Positions 24,333 through 34,085 of a stretch of 64,000 nt of DNA are shown piece by piece (the first letter of the stretch is position 1; every line of letters begins with the position of its first letter). The position numbers and the translations under genes are program-made. Source of the stretch: a virus (Duplodnaviria > Caudoviricetes); the IMG/VR virus record IMGVR_UViG_3300025073_000989; one strand, 5' to 3'. The notes under the pieces were generated by a model. The model saw nothing but the letters and a program-made list of their open reading frames with translations. It ran no database searches and was not told the DNA's origin.

Positions 24333-26976
24333 TTACCCGTTTCTTCTGATCTTAAAAGCGCCAGTAATATTACCAATAGTAACATCACCTTTAACTACAT
24401 ATAGATCATTAGTGGATCTAAAACCAAAAGTCTGTGTAGCATTAGAACCCATATCCAAAGTCATACCCTCATCAGTGATTTTTAAGTGCTCAACAACCAT
24501 TGTTTTTAGAGGATATTCTTGTCCACCCTCAGCATAAGCAGACTGAAGAACGCCATCAACAAATTGAGTTTCTCCAACCAAAGGAGAACCAGCAGCAATA
24601 GTTCTACTCGCTCCTGTACCTCCAGCTTCTTCGTCAGTTTGAGCATAAACCTTAACTACTAACATAAGGTCCTCTTCAGCCATTAAATCAGTTAAAGAGA
24701 TTTCGTCTAAAGTACCGCCATCATACTCTGTTAATTTTGCAGCTACTTTTGCCCAGTTCTCAAGATCACCAGCTGTAGTATCTACAGTTACAGTGATAGG
24801 AATTGGCAGAGTCAATGGACGATCATATGGACCAAGATGACCAAGCTCTGTAAGAGGCTCACGAGTAAGATCTGCTGATATAGTACAACCAGTTAAACGC
24901 CAAGCAAGGTCATAACTAACATCCGAGCTGGATACAATATGTACCTCTACCTGACCTTGTCTAATAGCCCCAATACTAGATGGCCTACTAGAGTCTGCTA
25001 GTACGTTGAAATAAGTATCAGCAGTGGCTGTACCGTAAGCATTGGCTGAGTAGGCTACATCAACTCTATCTCCGGCCGCGAAAGTCATACCTACAGGCTT
25101 AGTAAGCTCATGGGTAGCACCAACAGCATATCCAAAAGCTGTAGCAGTAGCAGCACCAGTTACAACTGGCCAGTTGGTCATAGTAGTAGCACTGGAGTCA
25201 TAAACAGAAACTGCAGGCGCGCCATTAAAATCCTTCCTCAAAAATCCCTTACCATTAGAAAGATCTGCAATTGCATTTCCAGAAGCTAAAGTAAGTGTAA
25301 AGGTAGATGGGTTACCAGAAGCATCAAAAGACTCCCAGTTAACAAAACGGCCTGCATTTAACAACCACATTTTGTTATCAGTTTCAGCACCATAATTCTC
25401 TGTAGCATTAGCTCCAGTAGTGTAACTAAACTCAAGGCTGTTTACATAGACTTCGTCCATGAACAACGTTTGATCAATATTACTATCTAGAGTACCAAGA
25501 GAGCACTCTTCCTGTACTGGTGCCCACAAAGTAACGCCTGGAAGATTACCACAGGTAACTGCAAAATCGGCAAGACAGGCACCATGAAGAAAAGTACTGG
25601 TCTCTGTTAAATTTGTACCACTGACAACTACTAGATTAGCATTGTCATTCGTGGCAGAAGCGCTCATTTCAGCTTTTGCCTTAGCAATCTGAGCTAGAAT
25701 TGCTAAAGTTTTAATATCACCGAAATCATTGGTGTTTAGTGTGACCGCTACCGCAGGCACGTCATCCACAACGTCAACGATGTCTAAATGCCCGAGCTCA
25801 AATCATATCTGTTACTTTAATGACCTAGAAAATTTCTAGGCGAGGGGAGTTCTTCGACTCCCCCTCTCACGGTCTCCCGTGAAGTTCAGACTGTACCTTC
25901 ACCCTTATTATAGGGGCTTTGCACTCAGTCGTTGGGGAACGAATTTATAATGAATACACTCAGGTAAAACATAAGTTACCATATCTAATAACTTATTAAT
26001 CGCCTTAGTGCCCGATAAAGCCAAAGTATTGTTATATGAGTCTATAGCTATGTGTCCCAGAAAAAACTTTTTTAGTGCTTCTATTAAAATAGTATTTTCT
26101 TTTTTTGTAAAACTACATGTAGCTATTGATCCTCTTAGTGCTGTTTTACACTCTGACCTTAAAGAAAAACTACCGTCGTCGGAAAGCCAGATTGCCAAAG
26201 CCAACAGATCTAACTCTTCTATTATTTTTGTATTTACGCTTTTTTTACCATCAACATACCACTCATAATAATACTTTGTAATATCTGGGTGAGCTATTGT
26301 GTTACATAAAAAATAACCAGAGGAATAAGACTGTTTTCCTTGTATGATCTTTGGTCCTGGTTTTTCGGCCTCAATTATTTTAGTAGAAAATGGATTTAAT
26401 AATTCCTTCTTCCACTTCAAGTAATTTAGTTGCTTTGTACAGTGACCTATCTGTAATCTAGCATTTTTAGACTTGCTTTGTTTTATCAATGAACCATCTC
26501 CCAAAATAGAACCAAGTATAACAGATCTATGTAATTTTGAGATTTGTGCCGATCTTAATTCCTCATATATGGTCATACAACTAGGCAAAAGTTCTATATT
26601 GTAATTTTTATACCAAGCGTATACAGTACTATATGGTAAACTTGTTACCGACGCAACTTTTCCAACAGAGCAATGTTCACCCAAAAGAGCAGTCAATTCA
26701 TCTTTAGATAGTTTTTCTCTTTTCATTATAACTCCTTTCCTGCGAATTTTCTTTATTTTTAGGATTATTACTACTTATTCAGTTAGTACCTAAAACTTAA
26801 CAAGAGGTTCCCGCATATCGCAAAGTTTTTACCTACCTGTTACCAGGTAAGGGACACATTTAGTCTATGTCCTCGCTCGTAAAGGTTGTAGTACTCCCTA
26901 ATGATTGAACACGGTAAAGAACTTCTCCGTTAGCCCAAACACTTTGTGAAGCATAAATTATTCTATTTCTAGCCAT
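24333..26976 (-). CDS. Major tail tube protein, split by a group I intron (exon 1 26976-26867; exon 2 ~25803-24333; ~526 aa)
   Basis: Exon 1 MARNRIIYASQSVWANGEVLYRVQSLGSTTTFTSEDI has an AGGAGG RBS. Exon 2 continues FELGHLDIVDVVDDVPAVAV into the 478-aa ORF. Position is upstream of chaperones and tape measure. Confidence 0.75.
25804..26866 (-). mobile_element. Group I self-splicing intron carrying a homing endonuclease
   Basis: P1: exon GGACAU pairs with GUGUCC, U-G at the splice site. P3: CUUUGC (26820-26825) with GCAAAG (25917-25922). P/Q-like AUGCGGGAA and AAUUCGCAG. P7: GACUG (25926-25930) with CAGUC (25889-25893). Three P9-type hairpins follow. The 3' boundary is uncertain by a few nt. 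Confidence 0.88.
25908..26726 (-). CDS. Intron-encoded LAGLIDADG homing endonuclease, 272 aa
   Basis: Motifs VILGSILGDGSL and LAIWLSDDGSF; N-terminal HTH-like segment; 3' end overlaps the intron P7/P3' core. Confidence 0.9.
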   Translation of the reverse strand: MKREKLSKDELTALLGEHCSVGKVASVTSLPYSTVYAWYKNYNIELLPSCMTIYEELRSAQISKLHRSVILGSILGDGSLIKQSKSKNARLQIGHCTKQLNYLKWKKELLNPFSTKIIEAEKPGPKIIQGKQSYSSGYFLCNTIAHPDITKYYYEWYVDGKKSVNTKIIEELDLLALAIWLSDDGSFSLRSECKTALRGSIATCSFTKKENTILIEALKKFFLGHIAIDSYNNTLALSGTKAINKLLDMVTYVLPECIHYKFVPQRLSAKPL

Positions 26977-27145
26977 AATATCTTGTTCCTCCTATTTCCT
27001 TATTTTTTTTATTAACGTTAACAAACTTAAGGTTGGTATTATAACAACAACTATTTAGATTATTGATAAACTGAGGCGGTCTAACAACAATCTTCCTTCT
27101 CCTGAAGAACTAATTATCTAATTAATCCCTCTACGTATAGAAAGG

Positions 27146-28030
27146 TTAGTTAATTAAAATACTTTTGGTGTAATAAACCAAATCAAACGATATCTTAGAC
27201 CTATAAGCATTTAAATCACTTAACACTACTTCATTTCTTCCTCTACTCATTACTAACGGTAGACTTACATGCCTACTTGTAACCTTATCAAACTCCATAT
27301 TACCTACAAGGCCTTGCACCTTGGTTCTATCAAAAGGCGTTTGGTCCTTATTCATATTATTTCTGCGATCATAAAAAGTACCATCATAATCAATAGGTGC
27401 TCCTTTTGGAAAACCATATAATGGGCAACTTTTTAAGTATAAACCATTATAAATCTTATCCACTAAATCATTTCTTTCTGCTGTAGATGACGCAAAAATA
27501 TGTATATCAACTTTTCTAATTACCTTAACACCGGTACCCAGCTGATAACCTCCTTTACCGGTATCATTTATATCCAAAACAATTACTGGTGGATCTGCTG
27601 CTTCAATAGCAGCCCATTCATCTACTACACTCACATAATTCCAATAATAATCTACATAAGCAGGCTGAACTGTGCCCGAAGTAACAATTCTACCATCCAC
27701 ATAATCAATCATATATTCAGTATCTGGTATTATATTACCATCTGAATCGTAAACAGTAACCCTGTCTTTTTGTTCTATGGTGGCATAAACAGTACCAGAC
27801 GTTGTATCAAAATATAACCATCCTCTACCCCGGTCTGTAGGTTTAGGCACCATTTCAGTAAGCGCCTCATAAACAAAACTTGTGTTTGTTGATAATAAAG
27901 GCATATATACTAAAGGTATATTTTCCTCTCTTTCTATAAAATCACTTAGTACAGTATCTTTTATATAATAAAACAAAGATAAGTCTTCTTTTCTAAGTAA
28001 TGCCATTTCATAACTCATAGTATTCTCCAA
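27146..28030 (-). CDS. Putative tail completion/terminator protein, 294 aa
   Basis: Directly upstream of the tail tube; VDIHIFASSTAERNDLVDKI resembles tail-terminator strand-helix motifs. Confidence 0.5.
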   Translation of the reverse strand: MENTMSYEMALLRKEDLSLFYYIKDTVLSDFIEREENIPLVYMPLLSTNTSFVYEALTEMVPKPTDRGRGWLYFDTTSGTVYATIEQKDRVTVYDSDGNIIPDTEYMIDYVDGRIVTSGTVQPAYVDYYWNYVSVVDEWAAIEAADPPVIVLDINDTGKGGYQLGTGVKVIRKVDIHIFASSTAERNDLVDKIYNGLYLKSCPLYGFPKGAPIDYDGTFYDRRNNMNKDQTPFDRTKVQGLVGNMEFDKVTSRHVSLPLVMSRGRNEVVLSDLNAYRSKISFDLVYYTKSILIN

Positions 28031-28642
28031 CTAACTAAGTTTTGTTTTAAGCTGCTTTAATGCATTTTCAGATATTAATGATAACCACTCTTCAATATTA
28101 TTGTTTACAAAATCATTAGCTTCTTTAAAAATATCTTGTGGTCCTGCTTTAGAAAAAGGAAAAATAAGTACCTCTACTTTCTCTCCTTTCATTTTAGCTA
28201 GTAACTTAGTGGTAGTCCAATATAAATATACCGGAGAACCTCCAGCCATAAAAGAAATTATAGTTTTAGGAAGCCCAAGTCTACGCCTGGCATCTTCATC
28301 TATCTCAACATACTCCGTTGGCGCCAAACCCTCTATTATCATCTGTAATAATTCTAATCCTCCACTAAAATCGAACAATTCTATATCCGGAATATGTAGT
28401 TTTAAGCCTAACTTAGTATTTTCAATAAAATTAAAATCCGTTAGTCTGCCAATAAAAGAACCCTGTAAAAATTTAGGATTTAATTTACTTCTATTATTAA
28501 AAACAACACTATTAAGCATAGAATTGTAATCATTACTTATTAAATCAATTACCGCTGGTTTAATAGTACTATCCAGTAAAAGTAAAAACTCCCTCTCTAT
28601 TAAACTTTTTAAATCACTTCCTAAATTACTACTAAATGACAT
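28031..28642 (-). CDS. Hypothetical neck-region protein, 203 aa
   Basis: Tightly coupled ORF in the neck gene block. Confidence 0.6.
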   Translation of the reverse strand: MSFSSNLGSDLKSLIEREFLLLLDSTIKPAVIDLISNDYNSMLNSVVFNNRSKLNPKFLQGSFIGRLTDFNFIENTKLGLKLHIPDIELFDFSGGLELLQMIIEGLAPTEYVEIDEDARRRLGLPKTIISFMAGGSPVYLYWTTTKLLAKMKGEKVEVLIFPFSKAGPQDIFKEANDFVNNNIEEWLSLISENALKQLKTKLS

Positions 28643-29241
28643 TATGTATAATCCTTTATTATTTCTCCAGAATCTATGGATGGTTTTTCAGTAGTAAAAG
28701 CCATAACTATTAATAAAGCCTGATTACCTAAACCCCTTAATATTGGGGGCTTTGACAATTTACATTCTATACCGTCTACTACTATTTTTTGGCAATTTCT
28801 AAAAACGTTAAAAAATTTAGGATCTGTCTTCAATTGTACAATAGTAGAACCCTCAGTACCAGCTGGAGTATAAGTCATATCATTACTTGCACCATTACTA
28901 CTAGGATCCCATGTAACTAAACAATCTACCCAGTTTTTTCTAACTGTCTCTAAAAACCCCTTACCTCTACATATAGGACATCTTCCGCGAAGAAAATATT
29001 TATATCTATCACCTAGACCCCCAGAACTTACCCACAAAGCTTGTTGCTCTATAGCCTGTACAGGAGTCCATCTACATTTACCAGTAGACTTATCGGTAAG
29101 TTTGTCATAATAACAGTTACTACATTCAGATTTGGCTGGTTGTAGATATATAGCCACTTTACGACTTAAGCCTTTTACCACATTTCTAATTCTATTTTGA
29201 AAGTTCTGTTTGGTTTTAGGACTTACTCTATTCCTGGCCAT
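28642..29241 (-). CDS. Putative head-closure/neck protein with CxxC pairs, 199 aa
   Basis: CSNCYYD and CPICRGKG motifs; neck-block position. Confidence 0.5.
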   Translation of the reverse strand: MARNRVSPKTKQNFQNRIRNVVKGLSRKVAIYLQPAKSECSNCYYDKLTDKSTGKCRWTPVQAIEQQALWVSSGGLGDRYKYFLRGRCPICRGKGFLETVRKNWVDCLVTWDPSSNGASNDMTYTPAGTEGSTIVQLKTDPKFFNVFRNCQKIVVDGIECKLSKPPILRGLGNQALLIVMAFTTEKPSIDSGEIIKDYT

Positions 29242-29291
29242 TTTTAATCTCCAAATTTAATAAAAAATTATTATATAACAATTCTATATAC

Positions 29292-30191
29292 CTAGTCAAT
29301 CCTAACTCCCTTAGTGGAAATAAAAGTACTAGATTTAACGGCATCATCTAATCTTTTCTTTAGCCTAGACATCATAAGTTCTCGATTTCTCAATCCGGCC
29401 GTAGGATCATAACTAGTACGATCATCTTTTATAATTGCGCCGTCTTCAATGGAATCTTCCCACAATTCGCTAGTTAAAAGATCGTAAGAACATGCAAGCA
29501 TATATATTTCTGCGGACGTATTATCAACAGTCAAAGGTATTGGTGGGGGCGTATTATCGTAGGCTTCTAATATTTCTCTATCACTCCAACGAAATGTATA
29601 GTACCAGATATCTACACCATATTCTACTCCACCAGATACTGTAGTAACTGAAATATCGTCACTAAACCTAAGGTATTTGTATCCATTAATGGTAGGATTA
29701 GTAGAACTATTGTAAGCAATTCCTCCCATATGAACACTAGCTGGCCATCCTTTTTCATCTAACTCGTATGCTTTATTATCAAAATGAATAGAAGAGGCAG
29801 CCTCTTCCCCATATTCTCTTCGAAGCCCGACAGGGTCACCAGTAAGAGTTCTTATCCTTCTTACAGTAAGTTGCTGGGCAGTACCTAAATTTAACTCAGA
29901 AGGAAACAGTGGATTATAAAATAAATCTCCAGACTCCCCCAAAATAGGATCCGACCAAGTACTTTCATTCTCAGTTATAGTAGAATAATATTGAGACCTA
30001 TACCAATGTGAGGATAGACCGTTCGTATCAGTTTCTGTATAAGAACTTACACCATCTACTAAAACGGTAGGCCCTAATCCAGACACGGCCTCGAAGGGCC
30101 CGGTATCATATTCAGACCTTTGATACTTTATTCTATCATATATTTGAATAACTGTACTTATACTGTCGACTGTAATATTAAGTCTTATCAT
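29292..30191 (-). CDS. Putative head-tail adaptor, 299 aa
   Basis: C-terminal helical segment (WSDREILEAYD...IYMLACSYDLL...RLKKRLDDAV) typical of adaptors; gene position. Confidence 0.45.
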   Translation of the reverse strand: MIRLNITVDSISTVIQIYDRIKYQRSEYDTGPFEAVSGLGPTVLVDGVSSYTETDTNGLSSHWYRSQYYSTITENESTWSDPILGESGDLFYNPLFPSELNLGTAQQLTVRRIRTLTGDPVGLRREYGEEAASSIHFDNKAYELDEKGWPASVHMGGIAYNSSTNPTINGYKYLRFSDDISVTTVSGGVEYGVDIWYYTFRWSDREILEAYDNTPPPIPLTVDNTSAEIYMLACSYDLLTSELWEDSIEDGAIIKDDRTSYDPTAGLRNRELMMSRLKKRLDDAVKSSTFISTKGVRID

Positions 30192-30201
30192 AATTAACTC
30201 C

Positions 30202-30471
30202 TTACAAGTTTTTTGGTAGCGGAAAAGTCCTTCTTCCGGCCGAAGGTAATGTCTTTATTGTACTTCTTATTGTAGGTAAATAATCTACAATCCCATCAAA
30301 AGGTATAGGAATTGTAGGAATTATGTCAACAACAACATCCACAAAAGGCGTTTTTATATCATATATGGAAATCTCTGCTTTTTCTATAGGAACAGGATAG
30401 GGTTCCCTATCCCCAGCACCAGCAGAAATAAAACCACTAATAATACCTCTTGTTGCTAATGCTATACTCAT
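30202..30471 (-). CDS. Hypothetical protein, 89 aa
   Basis: ORF with AGGAG RBS in the structural block. Confidence 0.65.
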   Translation of the reverse strand: MSIALATRGIISGFISAGAGDREPYPVPIEKAEISIYDIKTPFVDVVVDIIPTIPIPFDGIVDYLPTIRSTIKTLPSAGRRTFPLPKNL

Positions 30472-30472
30472 A

Positions 30473-33400
30473 CTACACCTTGGTTACTTTATATGATATC
30501 ATTTCATCTCCTGACCAGGATGTATTTATTTGATAAGTGGCAACAATATTATTATCAGTACCTACAGAATCAGCATTGCTATATGTTCTCATTCTTCCTG
30601 AAGACATAAGTTTACTACCATTATACTCTATATATTCAGTTTGATCTATATAATAATTTTCCTGCACTAAACCTAAAACCCTATCAACCCTATCTTTTAT
30701 GTCTCTAAAAGAATTATTTAAAGTGTCTATTATAATAGTAGCCCCATTTGAATTATCAGTAACAGAACAACCTCCAGTTACATATATAATACCTTCGCTA
30801 CAAGAACTATCTATTACAACATTACCATAATCAAAGTATGTATTAAATTCATTTATTCCTGTTTTATCTTTAAATACAAACATTCCAAAAGCATTAACAA
30901 TGTTTCCCTCAGCCTGTCCTATAGAAATAATAACAGGAGCGCTAGTATGTGACCGTATATCCTTCATATGCACATGAGTAGATATAACATCTCTAAAAGA
31001 TATAGTACCCTCTAATATGGCATTAAGTATATTACCCCATAGCATTTCTATATCTTTTAATAGAACATTTTCATACGTAGACCATCCACAGCAATAACCT
31101 GTAATCTTAATATCCCTAAAGATTGTATTTTCCATTATACAACCTTCTTGCAATGTAATTGTATCTCTAAAAGTAGAATGGCCTGTTATTAATTTCATAG
31201 AGACATCATTACCTGAAGCTATAGTAATATCTGAATGTATGTGTAATTCATTTGCCCCAAATTTATCAGCAAGGGCAATAGCATCTGTTATATTATTTAC
31301 TGGTGTATCTATTAGTCCTACTGGATAATTAGTTCCTGAAGTACCAGAGGAGTTAATATATATACGTTTATTATACTGTGAATCTACTGGTCGCAATAAA
31401 CCACTGGTATCAACAGTAAGTCCTGATTGTGACGTTGTATTATCAAATAGTTTTGCAACACCTCTTACCCCAATCATTCCCTGTGTAATTGATGAATCTA
31501 GTGTAATAAACCCAGAATTAATATCTAAACCACAATGCTGCGTTGAATTAGTCATATTTTTTAAAGTTAAAACCCCAGAAAAATCTGTAAAATGTACTGT
31601 TGCTAAACAACTATTAATATCAACTATAGGAGAATCTATACCATTTGACCCTACACAATTAACAAAACTAAAACGTCGATCAGCTTGTTGTCGAAATTGT
31701 ATGTTGCCCATTAGATGACAATTTATTATATTAGCATCACCACCAGAAGCGCATAAACCAGTAATTTCTGAAAGATGTGAATTGTGTATATTCATTCTTC
31801 CGCCACAAATACCTGAAACACTAACATCGTAAATATTAGCCCCTGTTGTTATACAACCTTCTCCTAGAATTATACTAGTTGAATCTCTATCCTCACCACG
31901 AATATTAATAAAACTGACATCATCATTATCTACTAAAATAAGTTGCCCTATAACAAATAATGTATCAAACCCTCTAGTTTCAATAATTATAAGAGCATCT
32001 AGTAAATTGTTTACTGGGTAAGAAGAAGTACCTATAGGGTAACTTATACCTGCTTGTCCATTATCTATATCTATAGTAACTCCTCCACCGAAACTTGCAT
32101 ATTGAATCTCTGCTCCTATTTCTTGCCCAACAGAATAAGCTATGTTACTCTGATTCATTAATCCTTCTACATTTAAGGACGTAAGACTAGTGGAATTATT
32201 TACAAAAATCCCTGCTCCGGACAAAATAAAATTACCTGCTGTAACACTAGAAGCTAATTCAAGACCACCGGCAGATAGTAAAAATTTAAAATCTATTGGC
32301 TGTGTGCAGTTATTAATCTTTATATGTCCGCAAAAATTTCTAAAATTCATATCTGTGCTAGAACCGTCAAAATCAACTATCGTGATTGGAATTGTATCAG
32401 TAGGCAATGATACACAATCTAAAACATTTATAAACCCTGAAAATAGGGGTGAAATACGTATAGTTCCCATCAATTGACAATTACTAACAGTTAATACTGC
32501 GTTAACTGGTATAGGTGTTTCTCCTGCAATATCTTTTAATTTACAATTAAAAAACCCCCTAATTCCTTGCTCAACCCCCGTACAATACGCATTAAATACT
32601 TCACAATTAATTGCAAAACTACCTACCTCAAATGTAAATATAGTATACTGATTACTATCACCATATAATTTGTAACCATTTATAAATACAGAATTTGAAA
32701 AAGTATAACTAGAAAAAAAATATAAAACCTTAAACCCTTGAATAGTTGCTATGGTTAGTGCGTCTGTTAAATTATTAACTGGATAGGCTACAGTACCAAC
32801 AGGATAGACTGTACCTGAATAGTCTGATGCTGTATTTATTGACACCTTTCCGTCAAAAGCAGCTAATTTTAAAGAAGCAGCAACAGTATTTACACCAGTA
32901 AAAGGGATTAATTCAGTATTTAATACTGCCGACGAAATTGTATATTTACTCATCAGCCCTTCAGAAATAACTATAGCACCATCTGTACTATTATCCTCTA
33001 ACATACCCACACCACGAAGCATTATAGTACCACTAACAATAGTATCCTGCAAAATAATAGCACCAGAATTTAAATCTATAGATATACCTTCAGGTCCGCT
33101 TTTATTAACTATCTCTAAAGCCCCATTATATCCTCTAACCCCCAATGATTGACCAGCCCCTCCCATATCTATAGTTGGTGGATTTTCTGAATTTGTACTA
33201 CCGCTCCAACAATCCATAAAAAGAGCGTCAGCATTACCACCTAGGAATATAGTACCTGAACTAAGAAGACATTGCCAAACAAAGCCATTAACATAATATA
33301 AATCACCAATAACTCTACTTAAAGTAATAGTATTTCCACCATCTAAAACTCCAGTAATAGAACAAGTTTGAAACTTAGAATTAGTAACAGTAGCTTCGTC

Positions 33401-34054
33401 TAAAATAGTAATAGTAGTTAAAATTTGATCTTGGCCTATCAGTAACATATTAGAAATAACATCATCTACACCAAGTGTTATATTTCCAATTATGTATAGA
33501 GAAGAAAAACCTCTTTCTTGTGCTATCTGCATAGCATCAGTAATATTATTAACTGGATAAGCAGCAGTACCTATTGGATACTCTATACCAGAGTTAGAAC
33601 TAAGAACATCTACAACTACCCGCTCAGCATACTCCATACGTTTAACTGCTGCAATCTCTGACTCTGCTCGAACAAGTTCAGATGCCGGAGGAGTTATATA
33701 AAGCTTAATTGCTTGAGTTCTTGTGCTTGTATCAAAAACATCAGGGTCAATGTCCGCATTATCTGTAATAGCCTCGCCTTTTACTTCTATAAGTATATTT
33801 TCATCGTAAGGTATTATCCTAACACCGTCTAACAAAGTGACATAACGGGGGGTGTATTTACCACCCCCCTTATAGTCATTACCATCAGCCTTCATAAAAG
33901 GAGACCATTTTCTAGAAGACTCGTCGGTGCGTCTCCAGTAACGATATTCCCTATAAATATCCTCTATCCAGTGAAATGTTTCTACTCCTGACGCTAAATA
34001 GATACGCCTATTTGGACCGTCCCAACTAGATACTACTGGATTTGATACACTCAT
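30473..34054 (-). CDS. Large virion protein (fibre/spike-like) with four internal modules, 1193 aa
   Basis: Four copies of GxxYPxGTxxYPVNNxxDA, each followed by beta-solenoid-like sequence. Confidence 0.65.
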   Translation of the reverse strand: MSVSNPVVSSWDGPNRRIYLASGVETFHWIEDIYREYRYWRRTDESSRKWSPFMKADGNDYKGGGKYTPRYVTLLDGVRIIPYDENILIEVKGEAITDNADIDPDVFDTSTRTQAIKLYITPPASELVRAESEIAAVKRMEYAERVVVDVLSSNSGIEYPIGTAAYPVNNITDAMQIAQERGFSSLYIIGNITLGVDDVISNMLLIGQDQILTTITILDEATVTNSKFQTCSITGVLDGGNTITLSRVIGDLYYVNGFVWQCLLSSGTIFLGGNADALFMDCWSGSTNSENPPTIDMGGAGQSLGVRGYNGALEIVNKSGPEGISIDLNSGAIILQDTIVSGTIMLRGVGMLEDNSTDGAIVISEGLMSKYTISSAVLNTELIPFTGVNTVAASLKLAAFDGKVSINTASDYSGTVYPVGTVAYPVNNLTDALTIATIQGFKVLYFFSSYTFSNSVFINGYKLYGDSNQYTIFTFEVGSFAINCEVFNAYCTGVEQGIRGFFNCKLKDIAGETPIPVNAVLTVSNCQLMGTIRISPLFSGFINVLDCVSLPTDTIPITIVDFDGSSTDMNFRNFCGHIKINNCTQPIDFKFLLSAGGLELASSVTAGNFILSGAGIFVNNSTSLTSLNVEGLMNQSNIAYSVGQEIGAEIQYASFGGGVTIDIDNGQAGISYPIGTSSYPVNNLLDALIIIETRGFDTLFVIGQLILVDNDDVSFINIRGEDRDSTSIILGEGCITTGANIYDVSVSGICGGRMNIHNSHLSEITGLCASGGDANIINCHLMGNIQFRQQADRRFSFVNCVGSNGIDSPIVDINSCLATVHFTDFSGVLTLKNMTNSTQHCGLDINSGFITLDSSITQGMIGVRGVAKLFDNTTSQSGLTVDTSGLLRPVDSQYNKRIYINSSGTSGTNYPVGLIDTPVNNITDAIALADKFGANELHIHSDITIASGNDVSMKLITGHSTFRDTITLQEGCIMENTIFRDIKITGYCCGWSTYENVLLKDIEMLWGNILNAILEGTISFRDVISTHVHMKDIRSHTSAPVIISIGQAEGNIVNAFGMFVFKDKTGINEFNTYFDYGNVVIDSSCSEGIIYVTGGCSVTDNSNGATIIIDTLNNSFRDIKDRVDRVLGLVQENYYIDQTEYIEYNGSKLMSSGRMRTYSNADSVGTDNNIVATYQINTSWSGDEMISYKVTKV

Positions 34055-34085
34055 CTGTTTACCTTATTACTTTATTTAAAACAAA

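Noticed and set aside
25804-26866. Group II intron interpretation
   Set aside because: No GUGYG 5' end, domain V or reverse transcriptase; P1, P3 and P7 pairings and the LAGLIDADG ORF indicate group I.
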